Assembly (NCBI GenBank): GCA_016721245.1
Contig: JADKIQ010000009.1
Location: 102,733 to 166,732, forward strand
Reading direction: 5' to 3'
Source: Sphingobacteriales bacterium
GTDB taxonomy: Bacteria; Bacteroidota; Bacteroidia; Chitinophagales; JADIYW01
Length of the DNA stretch: 64,000 nt
Shown here: positions 9,469 through 19,676 of the stretch, in pieces
Layout of the letters: each line of letters opens with the position of its first letter
Numbering within the stretch: position 1 is the stretch's first letter
The notes under the pieces: generated by a model
Databases searched by the model: none
What the model was told of the DNA's origin: nothing
What the model saw: only the letters and a program-made list of their open reading frames with translations
Translations under genes and position numbers: made by a program

Positions 9469-11331
9469 CTATCTTCCTAAATAAACCATTAATACGGAAA
9501 TATCTGATGGCGAAACACCGGATATTCTGCTAGCCTGTCCGAGTGTCTGTGGCTTCATTTTGGTAAGTTTCTGACGGGCTTCCATACTTAATGAAGGCAG
9601 GCTCATATAATCGAATTCAGGTTTCAGTTTTACATTCTCAATCTTGTCCATTTTCTGCACCTGCTCGTATTCCTTGTTGATGTAGCCATCATACTTAACA
9701 GAGATTTCCGCTTGTTCCAGAAACTCTTTTTCGTACTTAGATAAGTGTTCTCTTATTACAGGAACATGCTCCATAAGGTCTAAAATGCCTATTTGAGGAC
9801 GGGTAATGATCTTCTCCAGCTTCATTTTATGCATCATCGCTGTGGTACCTTTTGACTCAAGATAGGCGTCAATATCAGAAGGTTCAACGCTGTATTCTTT
9901 TATGAATTGTATAATTTCTTCTGTCTTTGCTTTCTTTTCTCTAACTCTTTCTACTCTTTCCTGTTCTGCAAAACCAATCTTATGAGACAACTCTGTCAGT
10001 CGTAAATCTGCATTATCCTGACGCAAAAGAATACGGTATTCTGCTCTGGAGGTAAACATTCTGTAAGGCTCTTCCGTGCCTTTATTCACCAGGTCATCTA
10101 TCAATACACCGATATAAGCTTCGCTTCTTTTCAGGATAAGCGGATCTAAATCGTTGATGGCTCGGTGTGCATTTATACCTGCCATCATACCCTGAGAAGC
10201 TGCCTCTTCATAGCCGGTGGTACCATTTATTTGTCCGGCAAAGAAGAGATTTTTAATCAGTTTTGTTTCTAAGGAAAGGCTTAATTGTGTGGGTGGAAAA
10301 TAGTCGTATTCTATCGCATAACCCGGACGGAACATTTTCACCTTCTCAAAACCCGGAATTTGGGTCAGCGCTTTGTACTGCACATCTTCCGGCAAAGAGG
10401 TAGAAAATCCGTTTACATAGATTTCCACGGTGTTCCAGCCTTCCGGTTCTACAAATATCTGATGCCTGTCTTTATCGGCAAAACGGTTTATTTTATCTTC
10501 AATGGAAGGACAATATCTTGGTCCTAAACCTTGAATTCTGCCCTGAAACATCGGTGATTTCTCAAACCCGGTTTTCAGTAATTCGTGTACTTTATCGTTG
10601 GTATAGGTAATCCAGCAGCAGCGTTGCTCTTTTGGTTTTTCAATATTTTTGTATGAGAAGCCCACTATATCCTCATCTCCATTTTGCACTTCCATTTTGG
10701 AATAATCCAAACTTCTGCCGTCTACTCTTGGCGGCGTTCCGGTCTTCATTCTGCCGCTTTCAAAACCCAAAGAAACCAATTGCTCGGTAATTCCCAGTGA
10801 AGCCTTTTCTCCTGCCCTGCCACCTCCGAATTGTTTTTCACCGATATGTATGATACCGTTTAAAAAGGTTCCGTTGGTAAGCACCACAGCCTTAGAACGG
10901 ATTTCCATTCCCATGCCGGTTTTAATACCGCACACCGCTCCGTTTTCTACCAATAGCTCACTTACCATATCCTGCCAGAAATCGATGTTTGGCGTATTTT
11001 CCAGCATCTCTCTCCAGACCAAATGGAATTGCATACGGTCGCTTTGCACTCTTGGGCTCCACATGGCGGGTCCTTTCGAAAGGTTCAGCATCCTGAACTG
11101 GATCATGGTCTTATCCGACACAATACCTGAATAACCACCCATGGCATCAATTTCGCGGACAATCTGTCCTTTGGCCACACCACCCATTGCCGGGTTGCAA
11201 GACATCTGTGCTATGGTTTGCATATTCATGGTTGCCAACAATACCTTGCTACCCATTTTAGCGGCAGCTACAGCAGCCTCACAACCGGCATGACCGGCAC
11301 CAACTACTATTACATCGTACGATTGAAACAT
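9469..11331 (-). CDS. mnmG: tRNA uridine-5-carboxymethylaminomethyl modification enzyme MnmG (GidA)
   Basis: N-terminus [16 protein letters not shown] (FAD fold) and full-length MnmG-type sequence. I prefer the start at the ATG at 11331 (MFQSYDV) over the track start at 11364. Confidence 0.95.
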   Translation of the reverse strand: MFQSYDVIVVGAGHAGCEAAVAAAKMGSKVLLATMNMQTIAQMSCNPAMGGVAKGQIVREIDAMGGYSGIVSDKTMIQFRMLNLSKGPAMWSPRVQSDRMQFHLVWREMLENTPNIDFWQDMVSELLVENGAVCGIKTGMGMEIRSKAVVLTNGTFLNGIIHIGEKQFGGGRAGEKASLGITEQLVSLGFESGRMKTGTPPRVDGRSLDYSKMEVQNGDEDIVGFSYKNIEKPKEQRCCWITYTNDKVHELLKTGFEKSPMFQGRIQGLGPRYCPSIEDKINRFADKDRHQIFVEPEGWNTVEIYVNGFSTSLPEDVQYKALTQIPGFEKVKMFRPGYAIEYDYFPPTQLSLSLETKLIKNLFFAGQINGTTGYEEAASQGMMAGINAHRAINDLDPLILKRSEAYIGVLIDDLVNKGTEEPYRMFTSRAEYRILLRQDNADLRLTELSHKIGFAEQERVERVREKKAKTEEIIQFIKEYSVEPSDIDAYLESKGTTAMMHKMKLEKIITRPQIGILDLMEHVPVIREHLSKYEKEFLEQAEISVKYDGYINKEYEQVQKMDKIENVKLKPEFDYMSLPSLSMEARQKLTKMKPQTLGQASRISGVSPSDISVLMVYLGR

Positions 11332-11452
11332 GGTACAAAGATATACATAAGTCGTGAGTCGCAAGTAGTGCCATATGAGAAATTATTGCTAAGTTGAACT
11401 TCCACAAAATAATGCACATGTTTATAACAGGTATGTGAATTAGAGTTAACAA

Positions 11453-11650
11453 GTTTCACGTGAAACTATTTAGAGCTGATAACAACAGGGTATTTCCACA
11501 AAATTATTCACGTTGTGTATTTCTGTATGTGCATAGTTTCACGTGAAACAAAATACGGTAGTCTTGGTAAATAGAAAACCAGATTATAAAAACGTAGTTT
11601 ATATCTTGGAATAATGACATCATATAACTAAAATCTGTTTCACGTGAAAC
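11453..11650. promoter_or_regulatory. three perfect copies of the palindrome GTTTCACGTGAAAC upstream of mnmG
   Basis: Copies at 11453-11466, 11536-11549 and 11637-11650. The first two are each preceded by TTCCACAAAAT(A/T)AT (11400-11410, 11494-11504). Confidence 0.6.
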
Positions 11651-11678
11651 AAAAAAAGCCGGTGATTAAATCACCGGC
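11651..11678 (-). terminator. Rho-independent terminator downstream of the PorP/SprF gene
   Basis: Stem GCCGGTGA (11658-11665) / TCACCGGC (11671-11678) with a 5-nt loop, followed on the minus strand by T7 (11651-11657). Confidence 0.75.
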
Positions 11679-11703
11679 TATATATAAATTACTGAAATGA
11701 ATG

Positions 11704-12786
11704 TTAGAATTTAGGACATAATAAAGGAGAATAAGTTCTCTTTTTATCCAAAGGTTTGCTAGTATAAATGATGGATGCTTCTAATGCGCCGAATGATTTA
11801 TCTGCTTTGCTTAAGTCTTTCTTAATGGTAGCATCATAGCTAACACCAATTTGAAGCCCCATGAAGGATACACTTACTGAAGAAATAATTGAATTCAAAG
11901 ATTTGTCATTAGGTATTAAAGTATTTTTAGCACCACCGTCTACCCATATACCAGCAGAAATAGCTGTTTTATACGGCTCGCTTTTACCTGATAAATTAAA
12001 TGAGAAAGTAGATCCTGCAATCCATTGTTGAGCTTTTGCCTGAAACATATACATCCCATTAGGAGAAATTAAAACTACCTTTTTAACATCTATGAATAAA
12101 CCAGCATGAGCATTATATCTCATGGCACGTTCGTTATCTGATTTAAAGAAAGAGTCTTTGGGTTTTAATACGTTGAAAACAGACGCTCCTGCATAAGCTC
12201 CAATAGTCTTGGTGAAATTAGATGACCAGAATAAACCTAAATGAATGTTGGGTTTAATAAATTTATTAATGCCATTTGTATTGAAAAAATTTTCAAAATT
12301 TGGTTTGTTAATATCAAAGCCGGCTCCGGTAAATTGATTTTCAAACGCTAAATTATTAGTGTTCACAGAACGCTGAATGAAGCCAACCTGTACACCGGCA
12401 CTTAAGTAATGATTCTTATTCTTACCTAAACTCTTGTGATAAGCCAGAGATATCATAAGTGTATTAGACATTATTGCCGTTTGTCTGTCGTTTGTAAAAA
12501 CAATGCCTGCTCCAAAAATATCGCCTTTTAGCCTGTCTCTTAATAAACCAAAATCTGCTGAAGCAGATAATGTATTATATGGCGAAGGGCTTTGAACCGG
12601 CAAATACTGAACTCTATAGTTAGCCACAAGACGATACAAAGAATTGATCTTACCCGTGAAAGCCGGATTTAAATTTAACGGTGAATTGTAAAACTGAGAA
12701 AATTTGTAATCCTGGCCTTTTGATGATAGACCAAAAAATAATATTATTGAAAATAATATTATTCTGAAATGTAAATTATTTTTCAT
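11704..12786 (-). CDS. type IX secretion system membrane protein, PorP/SprF family
   Basis: After the signal peptide comes QDYKFSQFYNSPLNLNPAFTG, the hallmark N-terminus of PorP/SprF. A start at the ATG at 12786 (MKNNLHF) is preferred. Confidence 0.8.
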   Translation of the reverse strand: MKNNLHFRIILFSIILFFGLSSKGQDYKFSQFYNSPLNLNPAFTGKINSLYRLVANYRVQYLPVQSPSPYNTLSASADFGLLRDRLKGDIFGAGIVFTNDRQTAIMSNTLMISLAYHKSLGKNKNHYLSAGVQVGFIQRSVNTNNLAFENQFTGAGFDINKPNFENFFNTNGINKFIKPNIHLGLFWSSNFTKTIGAYAGASVFNVLKPKDSFFKSDNERAMRYNAHAGLFIDVKKVVLISPNGMYMFQAKAQQWIAGSTFSFNLSGKSEPYKTAISAGIWVDGGAKNTLIPNDKSLNSIISSVSVSFMGLQIGVSYDATIKKDLSKADKSFGALEASIIYTSKPLDKKRTYSPLLCPKF

Positions 12787-12790
12787 CCCC

Positions 12791-14044
12791 CTAAATTGAT
12801 TGTAAATTAAAAAACCCAAAAATACCCCAATATTTGTCCATAGCGAGTAAATCGTTATGAAATATTGGAACTAATATACCATTTATTTTTTTAATTTGGG
12901 TAAAAATGGTTGATAAATTTCGGCGTATTTCATCATTATTTAAAGCCTGATAATACTCGTAAGTGGCATCCATCCAGCAGGATGGCTGTATAATTAATGA
13001 GGAACTTTCATTCTTTTCTATATCAAAGAAATAAAAAGGTCTGCTACAACCTGCACGAAACCCTGTTACATCCGGATAGCTTAAAGAAAAATCTTTTTCA
13101 ATACCTGTTTCAGCCAGTGTTCTGTAATATTCCGGAAAGCTGATTTTTAAAAAATGTTGTCTGGAAACGGTGATTTTCTGTGATGTAATCTTTTCTAACA
13201 AAGACTTTTCTTGCTGAAGCGTATTTCTTGGTAAAGCCTTATATGATGGGTGAATGCCGATTTCTTTACTGCTCAATTTTCGAATGACTGAATGTAATTT
13301 TTCAGATTCGGGAGAGACATTGCTATCATTCTTATCTGCATCACTTAACAGAAAAAAGAAAATCGGATTTAAATTATACTTATTAATTTCTTCCAGCAGT
13401 TTGTCAAAAATATCAAAAGGATCTGATTTCTGTTTTAATAAAACAGGAAGGCAATTGGAATCAAAAATATTAGGTGGTTTCTGAAACCAGTTTCGCCCGA
13501 GATACCTGAATGCATTATCTATATCAAACGTTGGTAGATATTCAAACTCGTGTTTTTTGAAAGGAAGGGTTGAATTAATTTTCAGTAATTCTTCTTTAAA
13601 AAAATTCAGCCAGATTTCTACAATAGGAGAAAAAGTAAATTCCTTTTTTGACAAAATAGAATTCGATGATTTATATCTGCCGTGCACATCTTTGTCGTGT
13701 GGTAAATATTCTTCATATCGGGACAGTAAATAAAATACACAGGAAAAGATATCAAAGCGAATATCAAAATTTTCTGTAGTTTGAAAAAACACCGGCATAG
13801 CTGCTTCACGTGAAACAAAAATCTGTTGTTCTTGAATATCACTTTCCAGCAATAAATTGTCCTGAAAAATATTGAAGAAACCATTTTTTACAGTCGGTGA
13901 ATAATTGAGACAGACTTTATCCGGAACACTAATAAATTCAGGGTTTTCAGTAAACTCATACTGTATACCAAAATATTGGCTGAATACAAAATCTGCAGTG
14001 TATTTTATTCTGTTAGTAACTTTTGGTGTGTAGATAACTATCAA
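12791..14044 (-). CDS. conserved hypothetical protein (possibly polysaccharide-deacetylase-like)
   Basis: 417-aa ORF, 4 bp upstream of the PorP/SprF gene. The N-terminus IYTPKVTNRIKYTADFVFSQYFG resembles a Bacteroidota family often annotated as deacetylase-like. The assignment is weak. Confidence 0.35.
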   Translation of the reverse strand: MIVIYTPKVTNRIKYTADFVFSQYFGIQYEFTENPEFISVPDKVCLNYSPTVKNGFFNIFQDNLLLESDIQEQQIFVSREAAMPVFFQTTENFDIRFDIFSCVFYLLSRYEEYLPHDKDVHGRYKSSNSILSKKEFTFSPIVEIWLNFFKEELLKINSTLPFKKHEFEYLPTFDIDNAFRYLGRNWFQKPPNIFDSNCLPVLLKQKSDPFDIFDKLLEEINKYNLNPIFFFLLSDADKNDSNVSPESEKLHSVIRKLSSKEIGIHPSYKALPRNTLQQEKSLLEKITSQKITVSRQHFLKISFPEYYRTLAETGIEKDFSLSYPDVTGFRAGCSRPFYFFDIEKNESSSLIIQPSCWMDATYEYYQALNNDEIRRNLSTIFTQIKKINGILVPIFHNDLLAMDKYWGIFGFFNLQSI

Positions 14045-14082
14045 GCCTATTTGTTTAGCAGGTTGTGTATTTTTACATTAAC

Positions 14083-14832
14083 ATGTCAGCGCCATTCCTC
14101 ATACATTTGCCCCAGTTCGAAGGCCCCTTCGATTTACTCCTATTCTTCATTGAGCGGGATGAGCTGAGTATTAACGATATTCCAATTCATAAAATTACAA
14201 ATGATTTTCTGGATTATATCCAACACATGGAACGTTTAAATATCGAAGTGGCCAGTGAGTTCATTTTGGTAGCTGCGACCCTGATGCGTATTAAAGCAAA
14301 AATGCTGCTTCCCAGAAAAGAAGTGGATGAGCAGGGAAATGAAATTGACCCGAGAGAAGAACTGGTTCAGGCACTATTAGATTACAAACGTTTCAAAGAA
14401 ATTGTTGAAGTATTGAAGGAATTTGAAGGCAACCGTTCTTTGCGTTATTCGCGTGGAAATCAGAAAAAAGAAGTTGATACCTTAATAAAATTACTGGCTG
14501 AAGAAGCAGAACTGGAAACGATTACATTATTTAAGTTGTTGAAAGCTTACCAGCGCACGATGGATAAGTACAAGACAAAAAACGAAAAAGTCGTACATAC
14601 GGTTGATCCGTTCAAATTCTCCATTGAAACAGAGAAAGATAAATTAACTGCTTTTATAAGCAGCAAAACAAAAGCTTCCTTTGCTGAAATATTCACTACC
14701 TGCGAAAGTAAAATACATGCGGTTTTTATTTTCCTGGGAATGTTAGAACTTATTCAACAACAGATTGTTTCCATCATTATAGGTGAGGGAATAAACAATT
14801 TTTGGCTAACAACGGACGTTGTAGAAGAATAA
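14083..14832 (+). CDS. scpA: segregation and condensation protein A
   Basis: N-terminus FEGPFDLLLFFIERDELSINDIPI plus the LDYKRFKE block. The start at the ATG at 14083 is preferred. Confidence 0.85.
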   Translation: MSAPFLIHLPQFEGPFDLLLFFIERDELSINDIPIHKITNDFLDYIQHMERLNIEVASEFILVAATLMRIKAKMLLPRKEVDEQGNEIDPREELVQALLDYKRFKEIVEVLKEFEGNRSLRYSRGNQKKEVDTLIKLLAEEAELETITLFKLLKAYQRTMDKYKTKNEKVVHTVDPFKFSIETEKDKLTAFISSKTKASFAEIFTTCESKIHAVFIFLGMLELIQQQIVSIIIGEGINNFWLTTDVVEE

Positions 14833-14847
14833 TCCTTAATTTAGGCT

Positions 14848-15389
14848 ATGCTAAAAAAACAACACATTGTTGTCATTGTGCTATTTTTTGCAATGATGTT
14901 AAAATCACTTACCTCGGCTGCTCAGGAATACAAAGGCGCTGTTGGCGGAGGTTTGGCTATGGAATTGGGTTGACCGGTGTTTATTTTTTCGATAATCAAA
15001 ACGGACATGCGATAGAGATGCTTTTGCGATATGGTTATCACGGATTAATATTAAACAAACCCGGGATGCATATTCAGGGTTTGTATGAAAAACACTGGAT
15101 GTTGGGAAGAAGTAATTTTTCTGCTTATTTGGGTGCCGGCCCCGGAATTGGGTTTGGTAAAAAGAACTCTGCCAGCAAACAATTATATTTTGCATTAGGC
15201 ATATCTCCAATTATTGGATTTGATTACACATCGCAACGTTTAAGAATACCACTGATACTCTCATTAGATTATAAACCTACTTTTCATGCAGATTTTCCGG
15301 TAAGTAATAAAGGTGAAAAAGTAGGTACTGATTTTTCGTACTACGAAATCGCTTTCTCAGTAAGAATTGGGATTGGAAGAGGTCGCTAA
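14848..15389 (+). pseudogene. small outer-membrane-like protein interrupted by a 1-nt frameshift (or sequencing error)
   Basis: The ATG at 14848 encodes the signal peptide MLKKQHIVVIVLFFAMMLKSLTSAAQ and stops at the TGA at 14971. The Gly/aromatic-rich body (GYGIGLTGVYFF...) continues in the frame of track ORF 14802-15389. Confidence 0.55.
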
Positions 15390-15390
15390 T

Positions 15391-15636
15391 TTATAAACCT
15401 CTGATTTTAGATATAAGTGCTACTTTAAAATCTTCTCCGCAGCACATTCTGGTTACTTTTTGAGAAACGTTCTTTTTGTAAGCAGCATGACTGTTTAAAT
15501 ACTGTTTGCAGGTGGAGCATTTTTCAATTTCTTCACGCAATATGTTTTCCGAGTGTCTGTCTAATTCACCGTCTAACATTAAAGAAATATCCTTAATCAG
15601 CTCGTTGCAATTGTGTGGTGGTCGAATATGGCTCAT
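15391..15636 (-). CDS. anti-sigma factor (zf-HC2 type)
   Basis: H-x3-C-x2-C-like layout: CNELIKDISLMLDGELD...CSTCKQYL. The ATG at 15636 lies 4 nt after the sigma-factor stop. Confidence 0.65.
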   Translation of the reverse strand: MSHIRPPHNCNELIKDISLMLDGELDRHSENILREEIEKCSTCKQYLNSHAAYKKNVSQKVTRMCCGEDFKVALISKIRGL

Positions 15637-15640
15637 ACTA

Positions 15641-16216
15641 TTATTTTTTATAACCCATTTTTTCTGCATATTCTTTCAAACTTTCTTTGAGCATATTACG
15701 TGCCCTGTGCAGTCTGGAACGAACGGTTCCTATGGGAATATCAATTATTTTAGCAATTTCTTCATATGTAAATCCTTCAATATCACACAAAAGGATAACT
15801 GTTTTGAAATCAATCGGCAAGCTATTTAAAGCTATCGTGATTTCATCACCCATCATGCCATCAAAAATATCTTCTCTTAAATCAAACGCAACTCCGCCTT
15901 TGTCTTCATCTGCATCCTGATAGGCTATAATATCTTCGTAATCTACCTTACTGGGTTCTTTCTTCTTACGGCGATATTCATTGATGAATCCATTCTTCAG
16001 TATTTTAAACAACCAGGCCTTCGCATTAGTTCCCGAATCAAATGAATTGATGAAACGGAAGGCCTTCATAAAGGTATCCTGCACCAGATCATTGGCATCT
16101 TCTTCATTATAAGTAAGGTGGTAGGCAAAGTTATACAGCGCATCTGCGTGCGGTAAAAGCTCGTCTTCGAAGAGTTGTTCTTTATCTGTAATTGGTTCGG
16201 TTGACACTGTGGTCAT
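15641..16216 (-). CDS. RNA polymerase ECF-type sigma-70 factor
   Basis: 191 aa. Region 2 (DLVQDTFMKAF, WLFKILKNGFINEYRR) and region 4 (FTYEEIAKIIDIPIGTVRSRLHRAR). Confidence 0.85.
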   Translation of the reverse strand: MTTVSTEPITDKEQLFEDELLPHADALYNFAYHLTYNEEDANDLVQDTFMKAFRFINSFDSGTNAKAWLFKILKNGFINEYRRKKKEPSKVDYEDIIAYQDADEDKGGVAFDLREDIFDGMMGDEITIALNSLPIDFKTVILLCDIEGFTYEEIAKIIDIPIGTVRSRLHRARNMLKESLKEYAEKMGYKK

Positions 16217-16417
16217 AAAGTTAGCAATAATTTAGGTAGATAAACAGTAAATTTGTGTGATTAGTTCCTGAAAAGTATTAAGTAACAGCTAATAAGTAAT
16301 AAGATTTTAAATCAATCTCAGATAAAAAATACATTTACATTCATACTCGTAATATGGATTGCAGGCATATTTTTTTCCAGATTTTTACAAAGTGTTGCCA
16401 CCATAGCTGCCTGTTTC

Positions 16418-17518
16418 TTGTTTTTAGCGAATGAAAATTGGAAAAATAGTTTTACCTCATATTTTAAAACGCTGCTCGGAATTTCGTTTGCAGGAATATT
16501 TATAATTTACCTGCTATCCGGTTTTAACTCAACTAATCATGCTGAATATTTTAATATCCTGAAAAACAAAATTCCATTCTTGTTTATTCCTGTGAGTTTA
16601 ATTACGGTTAAAAGCCTTAAAAAAGAACAGCAAAAACTCGTACACTATTTCTTTATTCTTTGTTGTTTGATCAGTTCTGTTTGGAGTTATATACAATATT
16701 TACCAAATGCAGTATTGTATACAAATTTGTATGCAGAAGGAAAAGTAATACCCACACTTATTCACCATGTTTCATTATCTGTTCTGATTTGTATAGCTGT
16801 ACTATTTGTATTGTATAATTTAATAAAAGTAAGCTCGACAATAGAAAAAATCATCAACTTTATTTTACTAATTTGGTTTATTTATTTCATCCATATTTTG
16901 TCAGTGAGAACTGGTATTGTGTTGTTATACTTCAGTGTTTTTTTGTTTGGAATCATTACGTTGTTCACACAGAAAAAGCCTGTATTTACTATTGGTTTGA
17001 TACTATTATTAATTTTCAGTGCTGTAATTTCCTACCAAAAAATTCCTACTATTAAAAGTAAAATAGCCTATACCTTTTACGGAATTTCTCAGTACAAAAA
17101 CCAACAGGATACTGCTAATCAAGTATCTGATTCCAGACGGATTTTATCAGATAAAATTGGTATCGAACTGATTCAAAAAAATAAACTAAGCGGTGTGGGT
17201 TTAGGTGATATACAAGACGAAATGAATGTAATTTATCAGCAACGATTTCCACAGTTTAAAAAGGATGTATTCTCTCATATTCACAACCAATATTTATATA
17301 CTGTTTGCGGAGTTGGAATAATATTGGGTGTGTTGTTTTGTATCTGTTTATTATTACCCTTAATTCAGTTTGTCAAAGAAAAAAATTTGATCTATAGTCT
17401 GGCCTATTTAATGTTACTACTACTCATGTGCTGGGAGCCTTTTATAGAAAATCAATTAGGAACATCTATCTATTTAGTAGTAAGTTGCCTGGGATTTTTA
17501 AATAACAAAGAAGCTTGA
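16418..17518 (+). CDS. O-antigen ligase-like (Wzy_C) polytopic membrane protein
   Basis: 366 aa with about 10 TM segments and an HIHNQYLYTVCGVGIILG block typical of the family. TTG start; the true start is uncertain. Confidence 0.55.
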   Translation: MFLANENWKNSFTSYFKTLLGISFAGIFIIYLLSGFNSTNHAEYFNILKNKIPFLFIPVSLITVKSLKKEQQKLVHYFFILCCLISSVWSYIQYLPNAVLYTNLYAEGKVIPTLIHHVSLSVLICIAVLFVLYNLIKVSSTIEKIINFILLIWFIYFIHILSVRTGIVLLYFSVFLFGIITLFTQKKPVFTIGLILLLIFSAVISYQKIPTIKSKIAYTFYGISQYKNQQDTANQVSDSRRILSDKIGIELIQKNKLSGVGLGDIQDEMNVIYQQRFPQFKKDVFSHIHNQYLYTVCGVGIILGVLFCICLLLPLIQFVKEKNLIYSLAYLMLLLLMCWEPFIENQLGTSIYLVVSCLGFLNNKEA

Positions 17519-18582
17519 AAAAAAGGATTTTACATATCATATCATCCGTAAACTGGCGCGGCGGCGAGCAACAAGTAGATTATTTATTTAATCATACCAG
17601 TACTGAATTTGAGTATTATTTATTTTGTCCGGAAAAAGCCGAATTGGTAAAAAGAAATACAGCAAAAAAAGAAAACATCTTCACGTATAAGAAACGATTT
17701 GGTGTAGATGTTTTTGCTGCTTTGGAATTAAAAAAAGTTTGCAAAAAAAATCAGATTGATTTAATTCACCTGCACGACAGTCATGCTATAAACACGTATC
17801 TTCTGGCTGATTTACTGGGAATGAATATTCCTGCACTTATACACAGACATGTTAACTTTCGCGTTATTTCGAAATGGAAATATACGCATCAGAAAATAAA
17901 AAAAATTATTTGTGTGAGTGAAACCATAAAAAATAGTTTTAGCGATTTTATAGATTCAAATAAATTAAGTGTTATTCATCCTGGAATTGATCTTAAACGA
18001 TTAACGATGAACAATGAACAATTAAGGGTTAATAAACTAAAACAAGAATTAAGTTTATCAGATGAAACCAGCATAATTGGTATAGTTTCAGCATTGGAGA
18101 AAGAAAAAAATATCAGTGAATTTATTGAGATTTCTAAAAATTTTATTACACAGCATAAAAATTATCACTTTGTAATAATCGGTGACGGATCTCTTAAATC
18201 TCAATTCCAACATCTCAATTCTAACATTCATCTATTGGGTTTTAGAAATAACATACAGGAACTGCTTCTCTCTTTTGATATCTTTTTATTCACTTCTAAA
18301 AATGAAGGTTTTCCACTGGTATTGTTAGAATCGATGGCATCTAAAGTTCCTGTTCTCAGTTATAATTTTCCGGCTGCAAACGAGTTGCTGCAACATGAAA
18401 AAAATGGCCTCTCTTATAATAATGTGGAAGATGCTGTGCATAAACTACAGCTACTCAACACAGAAATTAAACTACGCACCACACTTGTTGAAAATGCCTT
18501 TGAATTCGTACAGCAATTTGATATAACTTTGATGAATCAACAAATAGAAGAAGTTTACAAATCCATTTTTGCTCATGACTAA
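17515..18582 (+). CDS. glycosyltransferase family 4 (GT-B, group 1)
   Basis: C-terminal motif FLFTSKNEGFPLVLLESMASKVPVL (EX7E type). Overlaps the upstream gene by 4 nt. Confidence 0.8.
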   Translation: MKKRILHIISSVNWRGGEQQVDYLFNHTSTEFEYYLFCPEKAELVKRNTAKKENIFTYKKRFGVDVFAALELKKVCKKNQIDLIHLHDSHAINTYLLADLLGMNIPALIHRHVNFRVISKWKYTHQKIKKIICVSETIKNSFSDFIDSNKLSVIHPGIDLKRLTMNNEQLRVNKLKQELSLSDETSIIGIVSALEKEKNISEFIEISKNFITQHKNYHFVIIGDGSLKSQFQHLNSNIHLLGFRNNIQELLLSFDIFLFTSKNEGFPLVLLESMASKVPVLSYNFPAANELLQHEKNGLSYNNVEDAVHKLQLLNTEIKLRTTLVENAFEFVQQFDITLMNQQIEEVYKSIFAHD

Positions 18583-19147
18583 AACCATCGGATTATATTT
18601 CGGCTCTTTCAATCCAATTCACATCGGGCATTTACTGGTAGCTACCCATATCAGAGAAGCAGCCCAACTGGATGAAGTCTGGTTTATCGTTTCGCCGCAA
18701 AATCCGTTTAAACAAAACAGCGAACTGGCTGATGAACATCATCGTTTACAGATGGTAAAGCTAGCCGTAGAAGATGTCGATTATTTCAAAGTATCCGATA
18801 TAGAATTTCAGTTAGAAAAACCTTCTTATACACACATTACCTTAAAAGCACTTACAAAACAATTTCCGGAGTATATTTTTCAGCTTATTATAGGAGAAGA
18901 TAATGTGGCTAAATTCCACGAATGGAAAGAAGCGAATTGGATCTTAGAAAACTTTAAAGTGCTGGTTTATAGAAGACAGGTAGATGTAGAAGAAACTCAC
19001 GACACACGACACACAACTTACGACTTACCTATGTTCGATATTTCATCCACCAGCATCCGGAACAGAATCCATAATAATCAAGCAATTAGCTATTTTGTAA
19101 CCAAAAACGTGGAACAATATATTGCGTTTCACAAATTATATCAGTGA
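18575..19147 (+). CDS. nadD: nicotinate-nucleotide adenylyltransferase
   Basis: GLYFGSFNPIHIGHL (HxGH nucleotidyltransferase motif) and an ISSTSIR motif near the C-terminus. Confidence 0.9.
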   Translation: MTKTIGLYFGSFNPIHIGHLLVATHIREAAQLDEVWFIVSPQNPFKQNSELADEHHRLQMVKLAVEDVDYFKVSDIEFQLEKPSYTHITLKALTKQFPEYIFQLIIGEDNVAKFHEWKEANWILENFKVLVYRRQVDVEETHDTRHTTYDLPMFDISSTSIRNRIHNNQAISYFVTKNVEQYIAFHKLYQ

Positions 19148-19423
19148 AAATCGACTTATACACACACCTGTTAACTTCGTTTCAAAACCCCTTATTTTAT
19201 TAAGCCGGTTTCCAACAAACCAATATGTTCAAAATTTCTGCTTTGTGTGAATCAATGTGGACAGAATATTCTATCCACAACTTTTAAAATCACTGTAAAA
19301 TTATCTCCACGGACAATAGCACTTATTAAAAATTTAGAAACAACAAAAGTGAACTAATACACGAAAACCAACGTTTGAAAATATACACATTGCAGTATGG
19401 ATAAAGTTGATGTAAGTTGTGAG

Positions 19424-19575
19424 TTATGAGTTATGAATTATGAGTTATATTAAATAGAATATCAATAAAATAAGACAATTCAGTAGAAAATAAAAATTAG
19501 AATGTATGTGTATATACTGTTGATAAACTTAAATACTAAGAAAACAATTCAAAATTCAAAATTCATAACTCATAA
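19424..19575. repeat. 16-bp perfect inverted repeat with heptamer tandem repeats in the arms
   Basis: TTATGAGTTATGAATT at 19424-19439 and its exact reverse complement at 19560-19575. The left arm holds GAGTTAT-type 7-mers (x4) and the right arm holds AATTCAA/AACTCAT 7-mers. Confidence 0.8.
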
Positions 19576-19676
19576 TTTCTCCACCAATTCACACCGGTAA
19601 TATATAGTAATAAATAAAAATTTTTAAATAGATATTTATATATTATTAGACAAAACGGTTCAGCTAAAAAATTTCG

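Noticed and set aside
11365-11703. The chromosomal replication origin next to mnmG (gidA).
   Set aside because: Only weak DnaA-box resemblance (TTCCACA cores, 6-7 of 9). Genes on both sides are on the same strand, and no dnaA or dnaN is present. It is kept as a minor alternative within the palindrome finding.
16286-16420. A possible N-terminal extension or frameshift at the O-antigen-ligase-like gene. The frame is open from 16286 and reads IWIAGIFFSRFLQSVATIAACFLF, and an out-of-frame ATG at 16354 precedes a T7 run.
   Set aside because: This is plausible given the other homopolymer frame breaks. However, there is no homology anchor for the extra residues, so I cannot distinguish it from a simple TTG start at 16418.
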